From Eledone cirrhosa (taxonomy: Eukaryota): 64,000 bases of DNA. The notes under the pieces were generated by a model. It did no database searches, was not told the origin of the DNA, and saw nothing but the letters and a program-made list of their open reading frames with translations. The stretch lies in NCBI GenBank assembly GCA_964016885.1, contig OZ024744.1, positions 12,710,001-12,774,000 on the forward strand. The letters are read 5' to 3'. Below are positions 1 to 12,100 of this stretch, one piece after another. Made by a program: the position numbers and the translations under genes. Numbering within the stretch: the first letter of the stretch is position 1; each line of letters opens with the position of its first letter.

Positions 1-699
1 TCATGTAGGTGTTACAACAAAAAGTACCCAGTAAACACTGTAAAGTGGTCATATAGGTATCACAACAAAAAGTACCCAGTCCACACTGTAAAGTGGTTAT
101 GTAGGTGTCACAACAAAAAGTACCCAGTACACACTGTAAAGTAGTCATGTAGGTGTCATGACAAAAAGTACCCAGTACACACTGTAACGTGGTTATGTAG
201 ATGTCACAACAAAAAGTACCCAGTACACACTGTAAAGTGGTTGTGTAGGTATCACAACAGAAAGTACCCAGTACACACTGTAAAGTAGTCCTGTAGGTGT
301 CACAACAGAAAGTCCCCAGTACACACTGTAACGTGGTCATGTAGGTGTCACAACAGAAAGTACCCAGTACACACTGTAACGTGGTTGTGTAGGGATCACA
401 ACAAAAAGTACCCAGTACACACTGTAAAGTGGTCATGTAGGTGTCATGACAAAAAGTACCCAGTACACACTGTAAAGTGGTCATATAGGTGTCATAAAAA
501 AAAAGTACCCAGTACACACTGTAAAGTAGTCCTGTAGGTGTCACAACAGAAAGTACCCAGTACACACTGTAACGTGGTTGTGTAGGTATCACTACAAAAA
601 GTACCCAGTACACACTGTAACGTGGTTATGTAGGTGTCACAACAAAAAGAACCCAGTCCACACTGAAAGTGGTCATATAGGTATCACAACAAAAAGTAC

Positions 700-3600
700 C
701 CAGTACACACTGTAACGTGGTCATGTAGGTGCCACAACAAAAAGTACCCAGTCCACACTGTAAAGTAGAAATGTAGGGGTTACAACAAAAACTACCCAGT
801 CCACACTGTAAAGTGGTCATGTAGGTGTCACAACAGAAAGTACCCATCCGCACTGTAACGTGGATGTCTAGGTCTCACAACAGAAAGTACCCAGTACACA
901 CTGTAAAGTGGTCATGTAGGGCTCACAACAGAAAGTACCCAGTCCACACTGTAGCCTGGTCATATAGGTGTGACAACAGAAAGTACCCAGTACACACTGT
1001 AATGTGGTTATGTAGGTATCACAACAAAAAGTACCCAGTACACACTGTAAAGTGGTCATGTAGGTGTCATGGCAAAAAGTACCCACTACACACTGTAAAG
1101 TGGTCATGTAGGTGTCATGACAAAAAGTACCCAGTACACATTGTAAAGTAGTCCTGTAGGAGTCACAACAGAAAGTACCCAGTCCACACTGTAAAGTGGT
1201 CATGTAGGTGTCACAACAAAAAGTACCCAGTCCACACTGTAAAGTAGTCATGTAGGTGTTACAACAAAAAGTACCCAGTCCACACTGTAAAGTGGTCATG
1301 TAGGTGTCACAACAGAAAGTACCCCTCCACACTGTAACGTGGTTGTGTAGGTCTCACAACAAAAAGTACCCAGTACACACTGTAAAGTAGTCCTGTAGGA
1401 GTCACAACAGAAAGTACCCAGTCCACACTGTAAAGTGGTCATGTAGGTGTTACAACAAAAAGTACCCAGTACACACTGTAAAGTGGTCATATAGGTATCA
1501 CAACAAAAAGTACCCAGTCCACACTGTAAAGTGGTTATGTAGGTGTCACAACAAAAAGTACCCAGTACACACTGTAAAGTAGTCATGTAGGTGTCATGAC
1601 AAAAAGTACCCAGTACACACTGTAACGTGGTTATGTAGATGTCACAACAAAAAGTACCCAGTACACACTGTAAAGTGGTTGTGTAGATATCACAACAGAA
1701 AGTACCCAGTACACACTGTAAAGTAGTCCTGTAGGTGTCACAACAGAAAGTACCCAGTCCACACTGTAAAGTGGTTGTGTAGGTATCACAACAGAAAGTA
1801 CCCAGTACACACTGTAAAGTAGTCCTGTAGGTGTCACAACAGAAAGTCCCCAGTACACACTGTAACGTGGTCATGTAGGTGTCACAACAGAAAGTACCCA
1901 GTACACACTGTAACGTGGTTGTGTAGGTATCACAACAAAAAGTACCCAGTACACACTGTAAAGTGGTCATGTAGGTGTCATGACAAAAAGTACTCACTAC
2001 ACACTGTAAAGTGGTCATGTAGGTGTCATGAAAAAAAGTACCCAGTACACACTGTAAAGTAGTCCTGTAGGAGTCACAACAGAAAGTACCCAGTCCACAC
2101 TGTAAAGTGGTCATGTAGGTGTTACAACAAAAAGAACCCAGTACACACTGTAAAGTGGTCATGTAGGTGTCACAACAGAAAGTACCCAGTACACACTTTA
2201 ATGTGGTCATGTAGGTGTCACAACAAAGAGTACCCAGTCCACACTGTAAAGTGGTCATGTAGGTGTCACAACAAAAAGTACCCAGTCCACACTGTAAAGT
2301 AGTCATGTAGGTGTTACAACAAAAAGTACCCAGTCCACACTGTAAAGTGGTCATGTAGGTGTCACAACAGAAAGTACCCCTCCACACTGTAACGTGGTTG
2401 TGTAGGTCTCACAACAAAAAGTACCCAGTACACACTGTAAAGTAGTCCTGTAGGAGTCACAACAGAAAGTACCCAGTCCACACTGTAAAGTGGTCATGTA
2501 GGTGTTACAACAAAAAGTACCCAGTACACACTGTAAAGTGGTCATATAGGTATCACAACAAAAAGTACCCAGTCCACACTATAAAGTGGTTATGTAGGTG
2601 TCACAACAAAAAGTACCCAGTCCACACTGTAAAGTGGTCATGTAGGTATCACAACAAAAAGTACCCAGTCACACTGTAAAGTGGTCATGTAGGTGTCACA
2701 ACAGAAAGTACCCATCCACACTGTAACGTGGTTGTGTAGGTGTTACAACAAAAAGTACCCAGTCCACGCTGTAAAGTGGTCATGTAGGTCTCACAACAGA
2801 AAGTACCCAGTCCACACTGTAAAGTGGTTGTGTAGGTGTCACAACAGAAAGTACCCAGTACACACTGTAAAGTGGTCATGTAGGTCTCAAAACAGAAAGT
2901 ACCCAGTCCACACTGTAGCCTGGTCATATAGGTGTCACAACAGAAACTACCCAGAACACACTGTAACGTGGTTATGTAGGTATCACAACAAAAAGTACCC
3001 AGTACACACTGTAAAGTGGTCATGTAGGTGTCATTACAAAAAGTACCCAGTACACACTGTAAAGTAGTCATGTAGGTGTCATGACAAAAAGTACCCAGTA
3101 CACACTGTAACGTGGTTGTGTAGGTGTCACAACAAAAAGTACCCAGTACACACTGTAAAGTGGTCATGTAGGTGTCATGACAAAAAGTACCCACTACACA
3201 CTGTAAAGTAGTCATGTAGGTGTTACAACAAAAAGTACCCAGTCCACACTGTAAAGTGGTTATGTAGGTGTCACAAAAAAAAGTACCACTACACACTGTA
3301 AAGTGGTCATGTAGGTGTCATGACAAAAAGTACCCAGTACACACTGTAAAGTGGTCATGTAGGTGTCATTACAAAAAGTACCCAGTACACACTGTAAAGT
3401 GGTCATGTAGGTGTCATTACAAAAAGTACCCAGTACACACTGTAAAGTAGTCATGTAGGTGTCATGACAAAAAGTACCCAGTACACACTGTAACGTGGTT
3501 GTGTAGGTGTCACAACAAAAAGTACCCAGTACACACTGTAACGTGGTCATGTAGGTGCCACAACAAAAAGTACCCAGTCCACACTGTAAAGTAGTCATGT

Positions 3601-6150
3601 AGGGGTTACAACAAAAAGTACCCAGTCCACACTGTAAAGTGGTCATGTAGGTGTCACAACAGAAAGTACCCATCCGCACTGTAACGTGGATGTCTAGGTC
3701 TCACAACAGAAAGTACCCAGTACACACTGTAAAGTGGTCATGTAGGGCTCACAACAGAAAGTACCCAGTCCACACTGTAGCCTGGTCATATAGGTGTGAC
3801 AACAGAAAGTACCCAGTACACACTGTAATGTGGTTATGTAGGTATCACAACAAAAAGTACCCAGTACACACTGTAAAGTGGTCATGTAGGTGTCATGGCA
3901 AAAAGTACCCACTACACACTGTAAAGTGGTCATGTAGGTGTCATGACAAAAAGTACCCAGTACACATTGTAAAGTAGTCCTGTAGGAGTCACAACAGAAA
4001 GTACCCAGTCCACACTGTAAAGTGGTCATGTAGGTGTCACAACAAAAAGTACCCAGTCCACACTGTAAAGTAGTCATGTAGGTGTTACAACAAAAAGTAC
4101 CCAGTCCACACTGTAAAGTGGTCATGTAGGTGTCACAACAGAAAGTACCCCTCCACACTGTAACGTGGTTGTGTAGGTCTCACAACAAAAAGTACCCAGT
4201 ACACACTGTAAAGTAGTCCTGTAGGAGTCACAACAGAAAGTACCCAGTCCACACTGTAAAGTGGTCATGTAGGTGTTACAACAAAAAGTACCCAGTACAC
4301 ACTGTAAAGTGGTCATATAGGTATCACAACAAAAAGTACCCAGTCCACACTGTAAAGTGGTTATGTAGGTGTCACAACAAAAAGTACCCAGTACACACTG
4401 TAAAGTAGTCATGTAGGTGTCATGACAAAAAGTACCCAGTACACACTGTAACGTGGTTATGTAGATGTCACAACAAAAAGTACCCAGTACACACTGTAAA
4501 GTGGTTGTGTAGATATCACAACAGAAAGTACCCAGTACACACTGTAAAGTAGTCCTGTAGGTGTCACAACAGAAAGTACCCAGTCCACACTGTAAAGTGG
4601 TTGTGTAGGTATCACAACAGAAAGTACCCAGTACACACTGTAAAGTAGTCCTGTAGGTGTCACAACAGAAAGTCCCCAGTACACACTGTAACGTGGTCAT
4701 GTAGGTGTCACAACAGAAAGTACCCAGTACACACTGTAACGTGGTTGTGTAGGTATCACAACAAAAAGTACCCAGTACACACTGTAAAGTGGTCATGTAG
4801 GTGTCATGACAAAAAGTACTCACTACACACTGTAAAGTGGTCATGTAGGTGTCATGAAAAAAAGTACCCAGTACACACTGTAAAGTAGTCCTGTAGGAGT
4901 CACAACAGAAAGTACCCAGTCCACACTGTAAAGTGGTCATGTAGGTGTTACAACAAAAAGAACCCAGTACACACTGTAAAGTGGTCATGTAGGTGTCACA
5001 ACAGAAAGTACCCAGTACACACTTTAATGTGGTCATGTAGGTGTCACAACAAAGAGTACCCAGTCCACACTGTAAAGTGGTCATGTAGGTGTCACAACAA
5101 AAAGTACCCAGTCCACACTGTAAAGTAGTCATGTAGGTGTTACAACAAAAAGTACCCAGTCCACACTGTAAAGTGGTCATGTAGGTGTCACAACAGAAAG
5201 TACCCCTCCACACTGTAACGTGGTTGTGTAGGTCTCACAACAAAAAGTACCCAGTACACACTGTAAAGTAGTCCTGTAGGAGTCACAACAGAAAGTACCC
5301 AGTCCACACTGTAAAGTGGTCATGTAGGTGTTACAACAAAAAGTACCCAGTACACACTGTAAAGTGGTCATATAGGTATCACAACAAAAAGTACCCAGTC
5401 CACACTATAAAGTGGTTATGTAGGTGTCACAACAAAAAGTACCCAGTCCACACTGTAAAGTGGTAATGTAGGTATCACAACAAAAAGTACCCAGTCACAC
5501 TGTAAAGTGGTCATGTAGGTGTCACAACAGAAAGTACCCATCCACACTGTAACGTGGTTGTGTAGGTGTTACAACAAAAAGTACCCAGTCCACGCTGTAA
5601 AGTGGTCATGTAGGTCTCACAACAGAAAGTACCCAGTCCACACTGTAAAGTGGTTGTGTAGGTGTCACAACAGAAAGTACCCAGTACACACTGTAAAGTG
5701 GTCATGTAGGTCTCAAAACAGAAAGTACCCAGTCCACACTGTAGCCTGGTCATATAGGTGTCACAACAGAAACTACCCAGAACACACTGTAACGTGGTTA
5801 TGTAGGTATCACAACAAAAAGTACCCAGTACACACTGTAAAGTGGTCATGTAGGTGTCATTACAAAAAGTACCCAGTACACACTGTAAAGTAGTCATGTA
5901 GGTGTCATGACAAAAAGTACCCAGTACACACTGTAACGTGGTTGTGTAGGTGTCACAACAAAAAGTACCCAGTACACACTGTAAAGTGGTCATGTAGGTG
6001 TCATGACAAAAAGTACCCACTACACACTGTAAAGTAGTCATGTAGGTGTTACAACAAAAAGTACCCAGTCCACACTGTAAAGTGGTTATGTAGGTGTCAC
6101 AAAAAAAAGTACCACTACACACTGTAAAGTGGTCATGTAGGTGTCATGAC
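700..6150. repeat. Higher-order duplication, period 2,826 bp (59 monomers, six of them 47 bp)
   Basis: Identical ORFs are offset by 2,826: 825/3651, 1296/4122, 2351/5177, 2685/5511. 59x48-6=2826 matches six single-base-deletion monomers counted at about 841, 1321, 2377, 2664, 2711 and 3285. Confidence 0.88.
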
Positions 6151-9100
6151 AAAAAATACCCAGTACACACTGTAAAGTGGTCATGTAGGTGTCAGAACAG
6201 AAAGTACACAGTACACACTGTAACGTGGTCATGTAGGTGTCACAACAAAGAGTACCCAGTCCACACTGTAAAGTGGTCATGTAGGTGTCACAACAAAAAG
6301 TACCCAGTCCACACTGTAAAGTGGTTATGTAGGTGTCATGACAAAAAGCACCCAGTACACACTGTAACGTGGTTGTGTAGGTGTCACAACAAAAAGTACC
6401 CAGTACACACTGTAAAGTGGTTGTGTAGGTATCACAACAGAAAGTACCCAGTACACACTGTAAAGTAGTCCTGTAGGTGTCACAACAGAAAGTACCCAGT
6501 TCACACTGTAAAGTGGTTGTGTAGGTATCACAACAGAAAGTACCCAGTACACACTGTAAAGTAGTCCTGTAGGTGTCACAACAGAAAGTCCCCAGTACAC
6601 ACTGTAACGTGGTCATGTAGGTGTCACAACAGAAAGTACCCAGTACACACTGTAACGTGGTTGTGTAGGGATCACAACAAAAAGTACCCAGTACACACTG
6701 TAAAGTGGTCATGTAGGTGTCATGACAAAAAGTACCCAGTACACACTGTAAAGTGGTCATATAGGTGTCATAAAAAAAAAGTACCCAGTACACACTGTAA
6801 AGTAGTCCTGTAGGTGTCACAACAGAAAGTACCCAGTACACACTGTAAAGTGGTCATGTAGGTGTCACAACAGAAAGTACCCAGTACACACTGTAACGTG
6901 GTTGTGTAGGTATCACTACAAAAAGTACCCAGTACACACTGTAAAGTGGTCATGTAGGTGTCATGACAAAAAGTACCCAGTACACACTGTAAAGTGGTCA
7001 TGTAGGTGTCATGACAAAAAGTACCCAGTACACACTGTAAAGTAGTCCTGTAGGAGTCACAACAGAAAGTACCCAGTCCACACTGTAAAGAGGTCATGTA
7101 GGTGTTACAACAAAAAGTACCCAGTACACACTGTAAAGTGGTCATGTAGGTATCACAACAAAAAGTACCCAGTCCACACTGTAACGTGGTTATGTAGGTG
7201 TCACAACAAAAAGAACCCAGTCCACACTGAAAGTGGTCATATAGGTATCACAACAAAAAGTACCCAGTACACACTGTAACGTGGTCATGTAGGTGCCACA
7301 ACAAACAGTACCCAGTCCACACTGTAAAGTAGTCATGTAGGTGTTACAACAAAAAGTACCCAGTCCACACTGTAAAGTGGTCATGTAGGTGTCACAACAG
7401 AAAGTAACCATCCGCACTGTAACGTGGTTGTGTAGGTCTCACAACAGAAAGTACCCAGTACACACTGTAAAGTGGTCATGTAGGGCTCACAACAGAAAGT
7501 ACCCAGTCCACACTGTAGCCTGGTCATATAGGTGTGACAACAGAAAGTACCCAGTACACACTGTAATGTGGTTATGTAGGTATCACAACAAAAAGTACCC
7601 AGTACACACTGTAAAGTGGTCATGTAGGTGTCATGGCAAAAAGTACCCACTACACACTGTAAAGTGGTCATGTAGGTGTCATGACAAAAAGTACCCAGTA
7701 CACATTGTAAAGTAGTCCTGTAGGAGTCACAACAGAAAGTACCCAGTCCACACTGTAAAGTGGTCATGTAGGTGTCACAACAAAAAGTACCCAGTCCACA
7801 CTGTAAAGTAGTCATGTAGGTGTTACAACAAAAAGTACCCAGTCCACACTGTAAAGTGGTCATGTAGGTGTCACAACAGAAAGTACCCCTCCACACTGTA
7901 ACGTGGTTGTGTAGGTCTCACAACAAAAAGTACCCAGTACACACTGTAAAGTAGTCCTGTAGGAGTCACAACAGAAAGTACCCAGTCCACACTGTAAAGT
8001 GGTCATGTAGGTGTTACAACAAAAAGTACCCAGTAAACACTGTAAAGTGGTCATATAGGTATCACAACAAAAAGTACCCAGTCCACACTGTAAAGTGGTT
8101 ATGTAGGTGTCACAACAAAAAGTACCCAGTACACACTGTAAAGTAGTCATGTAGGTGTCATGACAAAAAGTACCCAGTACACACTGTAACGTGGTTATGT
8201 AGATGTCACAACAAAAAGTACCCAGTACACACTGTAAAGTGGTTGTGTAGGTATCACAACAGAAAGTACCCAGTACACACTGTAAAGTAGTCCTGTAGGT
8301 GTCACAACAGAAAGTCCCCAGTACACACTGTAACGTGGTCATGTAGGTGTCACAACAGAAAGTACCCAGTACACACTGTAACGTGGTTGTGTAGGGATCA
8401 CAACAAAAAGTACCCAGTACACACTGTAAAGTGGTCATGTAGGTGTCATGACAAAAAGTACCCAGTACACACTGTAAAGTGGTCATATAGGTGTCATAAA
8501 AAAAAAGTACCCAGTACACACTGTAAAGTAGTCCTGTAGGTGTCACAACAGAAAGTACCCAGTACACACTGTAAAGTGGTCATGTAGGTGTCACAACAGA
8601 AAGTACCCAGTACACACTGTAACGTGGTTGTGTAGGTATCACTACAAAAAGTACCCAGTACACACTGTAACGTGGTTATGTAGGTGTCACAACAAAAAGA
8701 ACCCAGTCCACACTGAAAGTGGTCATATAGGTATCACAACAAAAAGTACCCAGTACACACTGTAACGTGGTCATGTAGGTGCCACAACAAAAAGTACCCA
8801 GTCCACACTGTAAAGTAGTCATGTAGGTGTTACAACAAAAAGTACCCAGTCCACACTGTAAAGTGGTCATGTAGGTGTCACAACAGAAAGTACCCATCCG
8901 CACTGTAACGTGGATGTCTAGGTCTCACAACAGAAAGTACCCAGTACACACTGTAAAGTGGTCATGTAGGGCTCACAACAGAAAGTACCCAGTCCACACT
9001 GTAGCCTGGTCATATAGGTGTGACAACAGAAAGTACCCAGTACACACTGTAATGTGGTTATGTAGGTATCACAACAAAAAGTACCCAGTACACACTGTAA

Positions 9101-12100
9101 AGTGGTCATGTAGGTGTCATGGCAAAAAGTACCCACTACACACTGTAAAGTGGTCATGTAGGTGTCATGACAAAAAGTACCCAGTACACATTGTAAAGTA
9201 GTCCTGTAGGAGTCACAACAGAAAGTACCCAGTCCACACTGTAAAGTGGTCATGTAGGTGTCACAACAAAAAGTACCCAGTCCACACTGTAAAGTAGTCA
9301 TGTAGGTGTTACAACAAAAAGTACCCAGTCCACACTGTAAAGTGGTCATGTAGGTGTCACAACAGAAAGTACCCCTCCACCCTGTAACGTGGTTGTGTAG
9401 GTCTCACAACAAAAAGTACCCAGTACACACTGTAAAGTAGTCCTGTAGGAGTCACAACAGAAAGTACCCAGTCCACACTGTAAAGTGGTCATGTAGGTGT
9501 TACAACAAAAAGTACCCAGTACACACTGTAAAGTGGTCATATAGGTATCACAACAAAAAGTACCAAGTCCACACTATAAAGTGGTTATGTAGGTGTCACA
9601 ACAAAAAGTACCCAGTCCACACTGTAAAGTGGTCATGTAGGTATCACAACAAAAAGTACCCAGTCACACTGTAAAGTGGTCATGTAGGTGTCACAACAGA
9701 AAGTACCCATCCACACTGTAACGTGGTTGTGTAGGTGTTACAACAAAAAGTACCCAGTCCACACTGTAAAGTGGTCATGTAGGTCTCACAACAGAAAGTA
9801 CTCACTCCACACAGTAAAGTGGTCATGTAGGTCTCACAACAGAAAGTACCCAGTCCACACTGTAAAGTGGTTGTGTAGGTGTCACAACAGAAAGTACCCA
9901 GTACACACTGTAAAGTGGTCATGTAGGTCTCAAAACAGAAAGTACCCAGTCCACACTGTAGCCTGGTCATATAGGTGTCACAACAGAAACTACCCAGAAC
10001 ACACTGTAACGTGGTTATGCAGGTATCACAACAAAAAGTACCCAGTACACACTGTAAAGTGGTCATGTAGGTGTCATGACAAAAAGTACCCAGTACACAC
10101 TGTAAAGTAGTCATGTAGGTGTCATGACAAAAAGTACCCAGTACACACTGTAACGTGGTTGTGTAGGTGTCACAACAAAAAGTACCCAGTACACACTGTA
10201 AAGTGGTTGTGTAGGTATCACAACAGAAAGTACCCAGTACACACTGTAAAGTAGTCCTGTAGGTGTCACAACAGAAAGTACCCAGTCCACACTGTAAAGT
10301 AGTTGTGTAGGTATCACAACAGAAAGTACCCAGTACACACTGTAAAGTAGTCCTGTAGGTGTCACAACAGAAAGTCCCCAGTACACACTGTAACATGGTC
10401 ATGTAGGTGTCACAACAGAAAGTACCCAGTACACACTGTAACGTGGTTGTGTAGGGATCACAACAAAAAGTACCCAGTACACACTGTAAAGTAGTCCTGT
10501 AGGAGTCACAACAGAAAGTACCCAGTCCACACTGTAAAGTGGTCATGTAGGTGTTACAACAAAAAGAACCCAGTACACACTGTAAAGTGGTCATGTAGGT
10601 GTTACAACAGAAAGTACCCAGTACACACTTTAATGTGGTCATGTAGGTGTCACAACAAAGAGTACCCAGTCCACACTGTAAAGTGGTCATGTAGGTGTCA
10701 CAACAAAAAGTACCCAGTCCACACTGTAAAGTAGTCATGTAGGTGTTACAACAAAAAGTACCCAGTCCACACTGTAAAGTGGTCATGTAGGTGTCACAAC
10801 AGAAAGTACCCCTCCACACTGTAACGTGGTTGTGTAGGTCTCACAACAAAAAGTACCCAGTACACACTGTAAAGTAGTCCTGTAGGAGTCACAACAGAAA
10901 GTACCCAGTCCACACTGTAAAGTGGTCATGTAGGTGTTACAACAAAAAGTACCCAGTACACACTGTAAAGTGGTCATATAGGTATCACAACAAAAAGTAC
11001 CCAGTCCACACTATAAAGTGGTTATGTAGGTGTCACAACAAAAAGTACCCAGTCCACACTGTAAAGTGGTCATGTAGGTATCACAACAAAAAGTACCCAG
11101 TCACACTGTAAAGTGGTCATGTAGGTGTCACAACAGAAAGTACCCATCCACACTGTAACGTGGTTGTGTAGGTGTTACAACAAAAAGTACCCAGTCCACG
11201 CTGTAAAGTGGTCATGTAGGTCTCACAACAGAAAGTACCCAGTCCACACTGTAAAGTGGTTGTGTAGGTGTCACAACAGAAAGTACCCAGTACACACTGT
11301 AAAGTGGTCATGTAGGTCTCAAAACAGAAAGTACCCAGTCCACACTGTAGCCTGGTCATATAGGTGTCACAACAGAAACTACCCAGAACACACTGTAACG
11401 TGGTTATGTAGGTATCACAACAAAAAGTACCCAGTACACACTGTAAAGTGGTCATGTAGGTGTCATTACAAAAAGTACCCAGTACACACTGTAAAGTAGT
11501 CATGTAGGTGTCATGACAAAAAGTACCCAGTACACACTGTAACGTGGTTGTGTAGGTGTCACAACAAAAAGTACCCAGTACACACTGTAAAGTGGTCATG
11601 TAGGTGTCATGACAAAAAGTACCCACTACACACTGTAAAGTAGTCATGTAGGTGTTACAACAAAAAGTACCCAGTCCACACTGTAAAGTGGTTATGTAGG
11701 TGTCACAAAAAAAAGTACCACTACACACTGTAAAGTGGTCATGTAGGTGTCATGACAAAAAATACCCAGTACACACTGTAAAGTGGTCATGTAGGTGTCA
11801 GAACAGAAAGTACACAGTACACACTGTAACGTGGTCATGTAGGTGTCACAACAAAGAGTACCCAGTCCACACTGTAAAGTGGTCATGTAGGTGTCACAAC
11901 AAAAAGTACCCAGTCCACACTGTAAAGTAGTTATGTAGGTGTCATGACAAAAAGCACCCAGTACACACTGTAACGTGGTTGTGTAGGTGTCACAACAAAA
12001 AGTACCCAGTACACACTGTAAAGTGGTTGTGTAGGTATCACAACAGAAAGTACCCAGTACACACTGTAAAGTAGTCCTGTAGGTGTCACAACAGAAAGTA

